Part shown: one piece after another, positions 44,518 to 56,800 of the stretch
Position numbering within the stretch: position 1 is the first letter of the stretch
How the letters are laid out: every line of letters starts with the position of its first letter
IMG/VR virus record: IMGVR_UViG_3300021185_001231
Source: a virus
DNA: 64,000 nucleotides
Strand: one strand, 5' to 3'
Program-made: the position numbers and the translations under genes
Notes under the pieces: generated by a model
The model's database searches: none
What the model saw: the letters and a program-made list of their open reading frames with translations, nothing else
What the model was told of the DNA's origin: nothing

Positions 44518-46032
44518 TTATACTGTGCCAACGACTTCTTCAAAATCAACACCAGTTCTAACAGCTACGAAGTTTAGAGTTACGTAGTTGATTGAACGTG
44601 CTGGTTTGATGAAGCAAGATGCTATAAATTCGTTACGGTCAATAACCTCTGGAGTATTGTTTGTTTCATCACAAACAACTCGGAAATCACTGATACCACG
44701 ACGACCCTGAATTTCTCTTAGGAATGGTTCTACAATATTGACAAACTCTGCACGAGTGAATTCATCGTTGAATTCAAACATAACGTTTTGTCCAGCTTCG
44801 CTTATCGCTCTTTCAATTACTAAGAATAATCGACGAACATTAATACGATCGAATGCTGAAGGACGTTTTAGATGAGTTTTATCACCGAGCAACATAATAC
44901 CTTGACCCGACATACTTACAATTGGATTAACACCTAACTTGTACTGTTCATCACGTTGAGTCTTAGTTGGATTATGTGCTAGTTCAGTTACCCCTAGGTA
45001 CTGACCTCGACGTGATCCAGCTGGCGAGAACCATGGCGCTGAAACCGCATCGGATGCTGCCATAATACCAGCTGTTGATGATGCAGCGGGAATGAAGACA
45101 TATTTATCATTGTACTTATCGTAAACTTTCAACCAATTTGAATCTACTACCAAGTAAGAAGTGTTGTAATTGTTCGCAGTGATATATCCAGAGACATCAC
45201 CAGAAGTTGCGGAATTGTAATCCACAGAAACCACAGCAACACAATCCTTTCGTTGTTCCGCAATAGAAACTAACTTAGAATAGAGAGATGGGATGTCATT
45301 TAGACCTCCAGCTGGACCAATCAAAAAGTCGATCTGAATTTCTTCTTTGTTTTCAAATTTATCGTAACCGTCCATATAGTGGCTTGTGTTTGGATTGCCA
45401 TCAGTACCACCACCAAGATCGAAATCTATAAATGTTGGGACTGACGTAAAGTTTATCCAAGAAGAACGATTTGCAATAACATCGACGATATAATTAGTAG
45501 TTCCATTAGTTGTTAGTGCACCATCAACAGTTGAAAGATATTCGAAAGTTTCGGTAATAACACCGTCTACTAACACAACAACATGTACCTCATCACCTTC
45601 TGGCGCTGAAGTAAACGCGGATGCGTAAGTCCAATTATCGAATTCATTAGTGAGTTGGTCAGAGTCAGCAGCATCTATTGGACCACATACTGAAACGTCG
45701 ATTTTGTTTCCAAGAGAGCCTGGATATTTACCCTGACAAACACCATCGGATGATTTAGCGCCTGGATTAACGTTTACAACATATAAACTTGAGGAGTATT
45801 TTAGGAAGTATGAAGCGGAAAGGAAATCTCCTACATTCACGGTTCCGGTGTTAGGGTTTCCGAAAACAGAGGCCAATTCAGATTCATTACCGATTAGAAT
45901 TGGTTTGTTGACAGGACCCCAATTGAAGTCACCTACTAATGCACCAGTCGTAGAAGTGACAGCAGGAACCGTTCCTGTCAAGTCAATTTCTTTGATCTGT
46001 ACTGCTGGTGACTCAGAAAATTTAAGAGTCAT
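44518..46032 (-). CDS. gp18: Tail sheath protein gp18
   Basis: SPAVQIKEIDLT, F.WGP, PWFSPAG..RG, SAFDRINVRRLF, KPARSINY. Confidence 0.96.
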   Translation of the reverse strand: MTLKFSESPAVQIKEIDLTGTVPAVTSTTGALVGDFNWGPVNKPILIGNESELASVFGNPNTGTVNVGDFLSASYFLKYSSSLYVVNVNPGAKSSDGVCQGKYPGSLGNKIDVSVCGPIDAADSDQLTNEFDNWTYASAFTSAPEGDEVHVVVLVDGVITETFEYLSTVDGALTTNGTTNYIVDVIANRSSWINFTSVPTFIDFDLGGGTDGNPNTSHYMDGYDKFENKEEIQIDFLIGPAGGLNDIPSLYSKLVSIAEQRKDCVAVVSVDYNSATSGDVSGYITANNYNTSYLVVDSNWLKVYDKYNDKYVFIPAASSTAGIMAASDAVSAPWFSPAGSRRGQYLGVTELAHNPTKTQRDEQYKLGVNPIVSMSGQGIMLLGDKTHLKRPSAFDRINVRRLFLVIERAISEAGQNVMFEFNDEFTRAEFVNIVEPFLREIQGRRGISDFRVVCDETNNTPEVIDRNEFIASCFIKPARSINYVTLNFVAVRTGVDFEEVVGTV

Positions 46033-46098
46033 GATAGTGTCCTTTTTAGTTAAGGTATAATAAGTTAGTCATAATACGGAATTCTTTCTCAATAGTTC

Positions 46099-46106
46099 TA
46101 TTTATA
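46099..46106 (-). promoter_or_regulatory. T4-type late promoter
   Basis: TATAAATA upstream of gp18. Confidence 0.8.
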
Positions 46107-46123
46107 ATTATTCTATCTTTGAC

Positions 46124-47782
46124 TTACCAGTCTTCGTCAATAATGTGTGTATGACCTATATCATGCCATCCTGTATCGTATATATTGTCAGATTCTATCC
46201 GATTAATAAAATCTGAACCGTCGTCTATTATACCGAATGGTGGCACATCTTGTTCTATCGCAACCATTTTTTCCTCAAACATCATTCTTTTCAAATCTAT
46301 ATCGGTCATATCGGAAAAGAACTGGGTTGATACAAAGTAACCAAACATCACGAGGTTCATCATTAGATCGTCGTGATTTCCATTGGAAGCCTCATATGAG
46401 GTCCCTTTAGCTGTAAAGGTTGATACTTCTGATATAGTTTGTTCATCGTGAATATCTAATTTATTATTTTCCAACAAATCCTTTACCGCAGAACATCCAA
46501 GTCTTTTCACCTTCCTTGTCATCTCTATACCCAAAGCATTGGCTTTAATAGCCGACTCTGTATGCAAGTTCTCATATTCTAGTTCATAGTATAAACCATT
46601 ACAAACTACTTGACCTTGATCGTTAGCTTCGACAACCGTATATGCGTTATTGTAGAGAATCGAATACTTATAAATAATGTTTGGAAAGAGTATCGGAGAA
46701 ATACTATTATTGCGATACACCGCAACCTGTTGAAAGGGTTGGACCGTTATATCGATTACGTTGAACGTACTGAAATCCTGACCTCTTCCGCGTGCTACAT
46801 CTACGAGAGTGATGTATTGATGATCCTTGATAGGGTCCTTATATATTAATAGATCTCCCTGTTCTAGGGATCTTTTGTAGGGTTTCGCCCTCAACTTAAG
46901 TAAGGTATCCCCTTTGACTAGGGTATTGCCAGTACCAAAAAAGGTATTTCCGAATTCCTGATCGAATTGCATTTGTGATGTGTTGGAAATAGTTTCTTCT
47001 TTCCATTTGTCGTCTCTGCCGGGCACATCCCACCAATTAACTTCGAATGATTTGTACTCGTTGACTTTTTGTTTTGCACCTGTCCAAATCCTCTCGAATA
47101 CATTACCGATACCATTCGCGGTAGAAGTAATAATAACCTTGGTATTTCTACCGGAGGATACTACTGGGTAGGTTGAAGTGTAGAACTCTGCATCATTATC
47201 CACAAACGCGAACTCGTCTAGAAACAATAGATTTACGGACATACCTCGAATAGAGGAACCAGAAGTTGCAGCTGCAATGATTCGTGAGTTGTTACTAAGT
47301 TCTATAGAACCCTTGTTGAGTGCCTTACATCCCGGCTGTAGAAAGAAGGGAAGATTCTCCAACATAAGTGTCACACGCGCAAGCATTTCTCTTGCGGTAG
47401 CACCTTTGTTCGCAAGAACTGCGATAGTTTTTTCGGGATGAAATAACGCATACCAGAGAAGGTATGCTACAGAACTTATAGATTTGCCCGACTGACGACA
47501 CGCTAATACAATAGAGAATCGATTATCGTTAAAGTGATCGAACATATCTTCTTGATAATCATAGAGATCAAAAGGTACTAGACCTTTATCAAGTGATATA
47601 ATTTTAACATAGGTTCGAGCGAAGTACGATGGATCTTCCATGCACTTTTTATATTCTAGAAGCTTCTTCTGTGTCCACTCCTCTTGTACACCGTCACGTT
47701 TTACGTTAGGGTTTCCGAGATAGTGTGCAGCGGTACTAGATTTCGTTTGATCCAGAACTGTCGATTGCATCTTCTGCTTCAA
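46124..47782 (-). CDS. gp17: Terminase large subunit gp17
   Basis: YLGNPN, RQSGKS, LFLDEFAFV, STANG, DVARGRGQDFS, HDDL; exact start uncertain. Confidence 0.96.
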   Translation of the reverse strand: MKQKMQSTVLDQTKSSTAAHYLGNPNVKRDGVQEEWTQKKLLEYKKCMEDPSYFARTYVKIISLDKGLVPFDLYDYQEDMFDHFNDNRFSIVLACRQSGKSISSVAYLLWYALFHPEKTIAVLANKGATAREMLARVTLMLENLPFFLQPGCKALNKGSIELSNNSRIIAAATSGSSIRGMSVNLLFLDEFAFVDNDAEFYTSTYPVVSSGRNTKVIITSTANGIGNVFERIWTGAKQKVNEYKSFEVNWWDVPGRDDKWKEETISNTSQMQFDQEFGNTFFGTGNTLVKGDTLLKLRAKPYKRSLEQGDLLIYKDPIKDHQYITLVDVARGRGQDFSTFNVIDITVQPFQQVAVYRNNSISPILFPNIIYKYSILYNNAYTVVEANDQGQVVCNGLYYELEYENLHTESAIKANALGIEMTRKVKRLGCSAVKDLLENNKLDIHDEQTISEVSTFTAKGTSYEASNGNHDDLMMNLVMFGYFVSTQFFSDMTDIDLKRMMFEEKMVAIEQDVPPFGIIDDGSDFINRIESDNIYDTGWHDIGHTHIIDEDW

Positions 47783-48125
47783 TCACCTTTTCTTCATTAT
47801 CAAGGTTTCCCAACATTCTCTGTAAGTCTGTTGTCGAACCTATAAAAACATTATTATTTGTAGTTCCGTTTGGAAGCGCATTGGTGCTTTCTTCCGGTTT
47901 TTTGATGTCCTTATGTTTCTTATTTAGATCCATAAGTTTATCATTAACATCGGAAATATTCTTAATCATTCCCGACAAAACCTCAAAGGCTCTAGGGTGT
48001 TCACTTTCCCTAGCGACCTGTATCATCAACTCAAGAGATTCTCGGCCCTTTTCGATTAAATCGTAATAAGTATCTCTAGAATGTTCATAATCATTTTCAA
48101 TGTTATTTTCTTTATCAGATTTCAT
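47736..48125 (-). CDS. gp16: Terminase small subunit gp16
   Basis: DYEHSR, SEHPRAFEV, NNVFIGSTTDLQ. Confidence 0.9.
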   Translation of the reverse strand: MKSDKENNIENDYEHSRDTYYDLIEKGRESLELMIQVARESEHPRAFEVLSGMIKNISDVNDKLMDLNKKHKDIKKPEESTNALPNGTTNNNVFIGSTTDLQRMLGNLDNEEKVIEAEDAIDSSGSNEI

Positions 48126-48900
48126 TTCCATCATTATCCAAGTATTTCACATTAAATCCATAGTCACTGTCAGGGCTTACACCAATAGGGTCTGGTGTAA
48201 TATTTATAGTTTCTAGAGGTGGGTTATTCTGTAGATCGGTCAATATACTCAAGGGACTATTAACCTCTCGTATTATTGATTGGTCCCTATCTGGTCCATA
48301 GAAGTTTATCTTCATCTGAAAATCTAATGTATAAATAATCGTCCTTCTCTGTTCCAAACCACTTTCATAGTCATCGGAAAATGTCACTCCCTGTAAAACT
48401 ACAGGTACATCTTCCTTAACGTTGGGGTAGTCTGCGAAAGGTTTTACCGTTAGATTGTATTGTGGCGCGAAATAGGGTATGATTTGTTCAACTATCTGCA
48501 AAGCATCATCTTGTGACTTCGCATAGATATTTAATTGAAATTGTATATTATACGGAACTCCAGTATAAACCTTTCTGTCTTTTGTATTATCTGTAGATAG
48601 AGATTCTCTGTAGGCGTTAACTTTAGGTAATTGTCTTATAGGATCGTATGCAAGATCAACAATCTCGAAAGACATTCGAGGCAACTTCATTGCAACTCTA
48701 CGTTCAGCTTCTTCACCGTTATCCATTGACGACAGTCTTTCTAGAAAGTTTCTCTTCGGGGCATAAGAGAGAGGAACCTTAACCTGAGATATAACCTCAT
48801 TAGAACTATTGGTTCGTATTACATGTATATTGTTAAACAATGATCCAAATATTGATACCGTAGTTCTTACACGCTTATTATAAAAATGAGTTCCGAACAT
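48115..48900 (-). CDS. gp15: Tail sheath stabiliser gp15
   Basis: FGSLFNNI, KVPLSYAP, LPRMSFE, QIVEQIIPYF. Confidence 0.93.
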   Translation of the reverse strand: MFGTHFYNKRVRTTVSIFGSLFNNIHVIRTNSSNEVISQVKVPLSYAPKRNFLERLSSMDNGEEAERRVAMKLPRMSFEIVDLAYDPIRQLPKVNAYRESLSTDNTKDRKVYTGVPYNIQFQLNIYAKSQDDALQIVEQIIPYFAPQYNLTVKPFADYPNVKEDVPVVLQGVTFSDDYESGLEQRRTIIYTLDFQMKINFYGPDRDQSIIREVNSPLSILTDLQNNPPLETINITPDPIGVSPDSDYGFNVKYLDNDGNEI

Positions 48901-50018
48901 TATAATGGATCTCCGAATGGGTTTGACTCACTAAAGTCTAAAAAGTCTGAAGCAAAATCATCAAAGACTTCATTCTGAGACTCGGTATGGATGTCTTGAA
49001 TTTCTGTTATAGAAGATGGTATCCAGTTAGCCGTGTCACTAGTGATAAGATTGTTGGTTGTCCATAAATGGAACTTACCGTCTGTAGCTCCACTATGCGA
49101 TATGGAAAGAGTTTTAGTGTCACTATTCCAAGTAGTAACTTCCCCCTTCATTGTATATTCACCATTATCCTGTGTTAAAGTTTGGCCGTCAGTGAATATT
49201 CCGCCCGAAGATGGTGGGGAGACTGTGACAGTGGGTGCTGTCGTATAGAGAGAACCTTGATTTGTAATAATACCGCCAGTTACTAATCCATTATCTATTT
49301 CTAAAGTGACTTCTGCTGTAACCCCAGCAGAGTCTAAAGGTGAAGAGAATGTAACTGTTGGTACTGAAGTGTATGCTTTACCTGAATTTATAATGTTCAG
49401 ATCAGTGACCATTCCATTACTATCAATAACTGAGGTGAGAGATGCGGTAGATACCGAGGTCTCTTCCATAACTAATTCATATTTGAATGCGGATTCCTGT
49501 TCAACAATATCGACTCCCTCGATTCCGGTATCGAAGTCCTCGTCGTTATATTCAAACAACTCACATTGCAATCGGAAAGTAGGTAATTGACTTAACTGAT
49601 AGAATGGTGATTCTGTTTCTACCTTCATAATTTGGAAGATAGATTCTGACATAGGAAGGAATATTAAGTCGCCTTCTCTAGGTCTAAATTTCTGTGATTC
49701 GAGATAGTCTCCAATTAAAGATTGCCATCTCTTACGTGCAACAACAAAAGTTGCTTGATCTCTTAACTCAATACCAAATTTGGTGAATAAATCACCCTCT
49801 CCATCAAAACCGTCTTGGTTTTCAATGTACATTTCGACTTTGTATGAATCAGAAAAACGTGAAGGAACATCATCAATAAAGACTGGATCTCTATTGATAA
49901 TTTCCCTTGGGAGATAGTACACGTCTTGTCCATAAAACTGGATAGACTCAATGATCAAATCCTCATAGAGGTTCTGTTCACTACGTACCTTTTGACTTAT
50001 ATAACGATTAGTGGCCAT
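48900..50018 (-). CDS. gp14: Neck protein gp14 with inserted beta domain
   Basis: E.I..YG.DVYYLPR, KFG, RPREGDLIF, CELF.Y, DFSESNPFG. Confidence 0.92.
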   Translation of the reverse strand: MATNRYISQKVRSEQNLYEDLIIESIQFYGQDVYYLPREIINRDPVFIDDVPSRFSDSYKVEMYIENQDGFDGEGDLFTKFGIELRDQATFVVARKRWQSLIGDYLESQKFRPREGDLIFLPMSESIFQIMKVETESPFYQLSQLPTFRLQCELFEYNDEDFDTGIEGVDIVEQESAFKYELVMEETSVSTASLTSVIDSNGMVTDLNIINSGKAYTSVPTVTFSSPLDSAGVTAEVTLEIDNGLVTGGIITNQGSLYTTAPTVTVSPPSSGGIFTDGQTLTQDNGEYTMKGEVTTWNSDTKTLSISHSGATDGKFHLWTTNNLITSDTANWIPSSITEIQDIHTESQNEVFDDFASDFLDFSESNPFGDPL

Positions 50019-50019
50019 A

Positions 50020-50772
50020 TTAACCTACAAAGAAGATTGGGCCTTCATCTTCCTCTTCTCGGAACTTCTCCATAATCTTTTCTATATCTTGGAGAGCGTC
50101 TTCATATATCTGACGAGCATTAACAGTAACACCGCCAGGCAGTGTCATACCATCAAACTTTATAAGGTTAGTACCCCATTGTCTTTTGACAAGAGCTGTA
50201 GAATATGATTTAATAAATTTATGATTCCACAATGAATTGTATTCATAATCGGAGTTGGGAGTTCTCATCCCATAAACTTCGAAAACAACATATTGTCCAA
50301 CTGGAATCTTGGATTTACTTAAGAAAAAGTTTACTCTATTGTTCTGTCTATCGAATGTTATCTCTGGCAACCCAGAAAGTTTCATATCTAACAATGATAG
50401 ATGTTGTTGCATTTGTTCGTAATATGCCATATCACCGGCATAATTATTTAAATCTGTGATATCATTTAACATCATTTGGTACTTAATATCAAAGAAGTTT
50501 GTTTGTCCTTGTACAGTATTAACGGGCAACATCCTGACAACAGACATGACATCCACACCAAAATCGATGTATCCGTTATCAATATCATCCTGTGTTAGTT
50601 GATGTGACAAATATTGTCTTTTTGATCCGTCTGGATGATGTTCACGAAACCACTGTAGGGCTTCGTCAATTCTATCGTCCAATTGGTCGTCATCAATATT
50701 TACTTCTACTACTGGATGTCCTAAAGACCTCAAGCAGTAATCCATCAATTCGTCTTTACTGTTCGGTATCAT
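50020..50772 (-). CDS. gp13: Neck protein gp13
   Basis: YCLRSLGHPV, KRQWGTNLIKF...LPGGVT.N. Confidence 0.92.
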   Translation of the reverse strand: MIPNSKDELMDYCLRSLGHPVVEVNIDDDQLDDRIDEALQWFREHHPDGSKRQYLSHQLTQDDIDNGYIDFGVDVMSVVRMLPVNTVQGQTNFFDIKYQMMLNDITDLNNYAGDMAYYEQMQQHLSLLDMKLSGLPEITFDRQNNRVNFFLSKSKIPVGQYVVFEVYGMRTPNSDYEYNSLWNHKFIKSYSTALVKRQWGTNLIKFDGMTLPGGVTVNARQIYEDALQDIEKIMEKFREEEDEGPIFFVG

Positions 50773-50823
50773 ATAACCTATTCCTATTTTATAACTAGGG
50801 TGCCACGTTGTGACACCCTGTTA

Positions 50824-50831
50824 TATTTATA
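50824..50831 (-). promoter_or_regulatory. T4-type late promoter with leader hairpin
   Basis: TATAAATA; AGGGTGTCAC/GTGGCACCCT stem at about 50797-50819. Confidence 0.75.
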
Positions 50832-50838
50832 CAATTTA

Positions 50839-53800
50839 TTAGTTAACGATGTTACCGTTAATGTCATAAATGTCGATACGGAAGTGTGAACTCTGTTGAC
50901 CGTCTAACTTTTCAGAGTTGTCTACTGTAAGACTAACTGCATCGCCAGGTTGTAAAGCGCTATCCGCCTTAGCACCTTGAGCAGCAGTTGCGACATCGGC
51001 AGTATTTGCCTTAGTTGCAAGACTATTAGTTATAGTAGATGCAAAGTTCGCGTCGTCACCAAGAGCAGCAGCTAGTTCGTTCAACGTATCCAATGCCGCA
51101 GGGGCAGCGTCTACAGTTGCCGCAACAACACCATCAACATACCCTTTGTTAGCAGCTTGTCCAACGTCTGTCGGAGTATCAACTCTAACATCCGAACCAC
51201 TTAGCATGACAATACCGTCTTGGAAGTCGAATGTTCCGCCAGGACCAGTAATGGATATTGAACCACCAGATGCAACCTGAAGTTGATCTGTTGCCAAACG
51301 ACCACTTAGTAGCTCAGTCCACTCATAGTCTGTACCGTTCCACTTGACGAATTCGCCAGCATTAGCGGTAGGAATGTTTAAGTGTGCATCGACCTCTGCC
51401 TTAGTAGCAGTACCGAAACCACTACCAATGATTGTTGACGAACCGAAGTTTACTATAGAACCTTCGAAATCGACAGTTCCTGTTTGAACTTTTAGGTCAT
51501 TCGATTCAATTGTGTCAATGAATCCACGGTTAGCGTAAACATCATTAACATCCTTGATGTTGTTCTGACCCATCTCAATGCCTACTGACAATGCGATATT
51601 GGAGTCAGAGTCTACACTGATACCAGCAGTACGTCCGTCCGTTGCAGCAACAACATTATCAACATAAACCTTAGATGCGATTGTAGATGCATCAACACTA
51701 GGAGTGTTTATGGCAACAGTTGGTCCATCTGATTTCCATACACCTTTATGTTCAGCAACTAATATTTCATGGTTGTCTGAAACGTCAATATAAGTGTATG
51801 ATTTATTACCAGAAGACACTCCCTGTTCTAAATCCCAACTATTAGTTGCAACGGTTTTATCTGAGGACGCCATATCAAAGATATAGGCCTTTTTGTTGTT
51901 GTAGTCACCCACATTAGAGCCAGGAATAATTACCGCGTCTCCATTTGTCGCAGTCACTGTCTGAGTAGGGCTTGCACCCCATCTCATGACGCTACTCGGT
52001 CTAGGTATAGTCGCAACTAAATTGTCAGTTCCAACTTCATAAACCAAAGCTGGATTGTCCCCATAAGAATCGGGATAATCATGACCAGCATTAGAATTAC
52101 TATCAACAATTACAATATACTTACTACCCACGGAAACTGTTTTACTACTAACATCACCTTGAGTGCCTGGGTTCGGGCCTTTTAACCAGTGTCCAAATGT
52201 TGAATAAGGAATTACGTGTGTCGCACCAGTGTCGAAATTGTAACCTCGGATATTAGGATCTGATTGCATTCTTCCTGCTACATAAACCCAACCAGATGCA
52301 GAATGAACATCACAACTGATGTACTGTGGATTAACAACTGGCAACCAAGGTAGACTAATCTCTTCTTGAGTTACCCAATTAGTCGCACCAAATTCACCAC
52401 GCGAACCATAATTAGATTGATTGGTAACAATTAGTTTATCGTTACCGACAGATCTTATAAATGCATACACACCATTCTGATTACCCCCTGCGGTAATCGT
52501 ATTATAATCAACAGTGAATAACTTGGAATGACTTCTATGACCACCTATCGCAGTATCGAGATCGTCTATAGAGTATACTTTATATCCAGCTCCATTTGAA
52601 GAGTAACTATATGCTATGAATACGTGAGTATCCGTGATCTCAGCACTTACAAGTTTCTCTCCTATTGATAAGGCACCGTACAAATCGTTATTAGATTGTC
52701 GTACTATGCTGCCCATATCATATTCACGAATCTCTACACCACTCGCATTATATACTCTAACAGTGTAAGAGATGTCTGTATTTGATGGGATACCTGAACC
52801 AACCCAATTGTTAAAGACCGCAACCACATTTCCATTAGGACTAGTTCTAACATCGACAGCATCTCTAATGTCATCTATGTCGTCTCTCTTGTAAAAACTT
52901 TGCGTTTGTTTCCCAGAATCTGGTTGATAATCAGTAGCTGACCAGTCAACAGTATATGTTGTTGTTGATCCATCAGCAAGTGACCAGAAGTCTTCTGGTT
53001 GTACCGCAGTGTCTGCCTTAGCACCCTGTGCAGTAGTTGCCTTACCATCAAGAGCAGTAGTAGTTGCAGCATCATCTGCCTTAGAGGCAAGACTAGTGGT
53101 AACTGTTGATGCAAAGTTTGCATCGTCACCTAATGCAGCAGCCAACTCGTTAAGAGTGTCCAATGCGGCAGGAGCAGCATCTACGGTTGCAGCAACAACT
53201 TGATCAGCATATGCTTTAGCGTCTACTTCTGCTTGATCTGCTTTACTAGTTGCATCAGCACTTGCAGTAGAGATAGCAGATGTTATTGCAGTTTCCCTAG
53301 CAGATGTTTCGGCAGCAATTGCAATTTCCCTAGCAGATGTCTCCACAGAAACTAATGATTCTAGATCCGACTGTAATGAGAAACCACCGGCAAGACTAGA
53401 TACATCCCATCTATTAATACCTTTTGGAGAAGATGATCCACTACCATCATATTCGGTAATATACAATGTCTCGTCATCCGCAGTGATACCACCGAAGTAC
53501 CCATAAAACGACTGTGCTGTCGATATAGTCACTGGAGTGGCATTAAGGTCACTCAGATCATAAACTTTCAAAACTCCTTCGTCTGTTCCCAAGGCACCAT
53601 ATTGATCTGATTTTATCGATCCGATATATAAATGACTAGAAGTCGCATGAAGTGCATTCGAAGGATTTCCACCCAAGTCAATTGCAGTCCTAACATTAGA
53701 ACCAAATTCGTAAACGTTAGCAATTGTATTAGGTGACCAACTAATAAATTTACCACCTCCGATTACTCCATAGTATGAATTCCCACTATTAGTAATAGTA

Positions 53801-56800
53801 GATTGGAGAGTCAATGTCGCCACATCATACTCATACCAAGTCGAGGTCGCTTGTTCGAATACGTACATCCGACCTTCACCAGCTACCACGCGTTTCCCCC
53901 AAGATACACCAGTCGGACTTACAAAGACAGTGGGTGATGCAGATAAAGAATTTTCATCCCAAAGTAGAAGTTGTGACCCTGAAACGTTAGTCTTACTTGT
54001 TGCAATAAACTTTCCGTCAGTATTTGCTCTTACTTTCAACTTATCGTCCGTAGATCCCAGATATTGATGTTTCATGGATATGTTATTTCTATCAGTGACA
54101 TCGAAGAACTGTATACCGCCTGTATTTGAACTACTGACCGAAGTCGACCATGAACACGCTAGAGTCTTAGTATTCTCTGACCATACCATATTTTCGCCGA
54201 AGCTAGGTCCATATTGAGTGTTGATAAGAGAACTTTCATTTTGCATCTCAATGACTGATGGAACAGATTCTGTGTTATTTTTATCATACACAAAAACTTG
54301 TCCATGTTGATCAGACCCATAGTTATCTGCAGCAACGATCACATAGTCGTTAGTGATAATCATATTAGATCCGAAACGATCACTATGTGATGAACCTGAA
54401 CTAATAGGAGATATCTTAGTCAATGGAACCGCTTCCGGAGTTACGTCAGAAACATTGCCATTCAAGAAATCTTCGATAGCAGTAACAGTAGTAACGTCTG
54501 CCTTAGTTGCAAGAGCAGTAGTAGTTGCAGCACCATCTGCCTTAGTAGCAAGAGCAGCAGTAGTTGCAGCATCATCTGCCTTAGAGGCAAGACTGGTGGT
54601 AACTGTTGATGCGAAGTTCGCATCATCACCAAGAGCAGCTGCTAGTTCATTCAACGTATCCAATGCGGCAGGAGCAGCATCTACAACATTAGCGACTTCA
54701 GCAGTAATTGCAGTATTCATCTCAGCGGTTGTTGAGTAGTCACTCAAGTCGGTAGAAGGAATTGCAGCAATAGCGGCAGTTCTAGCAGCAGTCTCAGCAG
54801 CGATAGCAGAAGCGTTAGCGGATATACTATCAGTAAGACTAGTATCAGTTCCAGACAATGCAGATATTTCCGAACGTAACTCATTGATAGCGGGAGTTAT
54901 CTCAGTAGCCACAGTCTCTAATGCCGCAGCAGGAGAGGTCATAGTATAACCAATCGAAGCTGACATTCCGAACCTAGATTCGTTGATAGTAGAGAAAGGT
55001 TGATTGAGAACTTTTTGGGGTGTAGACAAGTCATTAACATCATAGATGTGTAACTGACCATTGACATTGCCATCATTAAACTCATGATACCCTAATAAAA
55101 TTATATTCCCTTTAGCACTGACCGACTTTGCATGAACATTAAACCCATCACTAGAAGAACCATATCGCGCAACATAAGTTGGTTGAGATGAAATACTTGA
55201 TAGGGGCCAAACATACATTCCATTATTATCTGAACCACTTAGACCAGCACCAATAGAAATAATGTGACTATCAGTCATTTCTATATATTGAATCCAGTTA
55301 TCATTTGTTTCAATATTAGGTTTCTGTATAGTGCCAATCAGTTGGTTATTGGAAGAATTGAATATGTGTATGACTTCTGGTGTACCACTTGCACCAGAAT
55401 AAGCAACTGCGGCCCAATGGGTCGAATTTGCCGCAACAGACGAACCAAAACTATTTCCATGAGTGTTTGATTGTGTAGCTATTTCAGTGGGTGATGCATT
55501 TAAGTCATCAATATTATAGATGTATACTCTACCCTGATTTTGTGTAGAACCATCATAACTAACAAAACCTACATAAAGTTTTCTACCAACAGAAACTATA
55601 GAACTATTGTTTTCCCCAAACCACTGATTTCCTCCTAAAGCATTAAAATTTCTACTAGGAGATAATTTTGTAGGACTAGAAAAATTCAGATTTTGATTAT
55701 CGTTCGAATAATTAACAGTATATGCGTATATAGCACCTTCAACCTTATCACCACTTGCTGCATTACTGTCTTCGTTCTTTGCAGCTACGAACAATCTATC
55801 TCCGGATTCTGACCAAACTACAGTTTTACCAAAGTTTTCATTCAGAGAAGAGTTTGGTGAAGAGGGAAGTAGATTTTGCAATAATGAGCCATCTGGGTTA
55901 AATATACTAACACGACCACCACCAGTATAATTATGATCTCCTATCGCAACAAAACCATACTGGTTAATTGTTGTACTATAAGGTTTATCATTACTTCCCT
56001 GCGCCATCCATTCTCTAGGGTCAGCACTTTCTATTGTCAATACTGGAGATGAAGTGTCTGCTGCATTGTATAGATAAGTTTGTCCAGCTCTTTGAGTTCC
56101 ATCAGAATGTTCCGCATAAGGAGCACTGATTAATATGCTAGTTCCAACGACATCTTGACCTTTAATAAGAGATTCTAAGGTATCAAGATCTGTCTGATCT
56201 GACTTAGTAGCAAGAGCAGCAGTAGTTGCAGCATCATCTGCCTTAGTTGCGATAGACGAAGTTACTGTTGAAGCAAAGTTCGCATCGTCACCTAATGCAG
56301 CAGCCAACTCGTTAAGAGTGTCTAATGCGGCAGGAGCAGCGTCTACTGTAGAAGCAACAACTTGATCAGCATATGTCTGTGCTTCTGTTTTAGCAGTAGC
56401 AATTGCAGAAGTCATCTCGGTAGAAGTTGAGTAAGGAGTCAAATCTGTAGAAGGAATTGCAGAAATAGCAGTATTCATTTCCGAAGTAGTTGAGTAACCA
56501 GAAAGATCAACACCAGCAACACCCGAATCAACATATGCTTTAGTAGCAAACAATGAATCGTCTACAACAAAACTTGTAGTTGTAGTACCAGTTTGTGCGA
56601 CACTAGAGAAGAATCTCTTTTGACTATAGGTTATTAGGGTATCACCTACGATTATAACTTCTACATTTCCATTCTCAAAACAAGCAAATGTACCCGATTG
56701 TTGTCCATCGGATATGTTATATGCCTTTATTGTTTTACTCTGGACACTATTATCAGCACCTATAAATATTCTACCTCCTCTTACCGCAAGATAACTACTC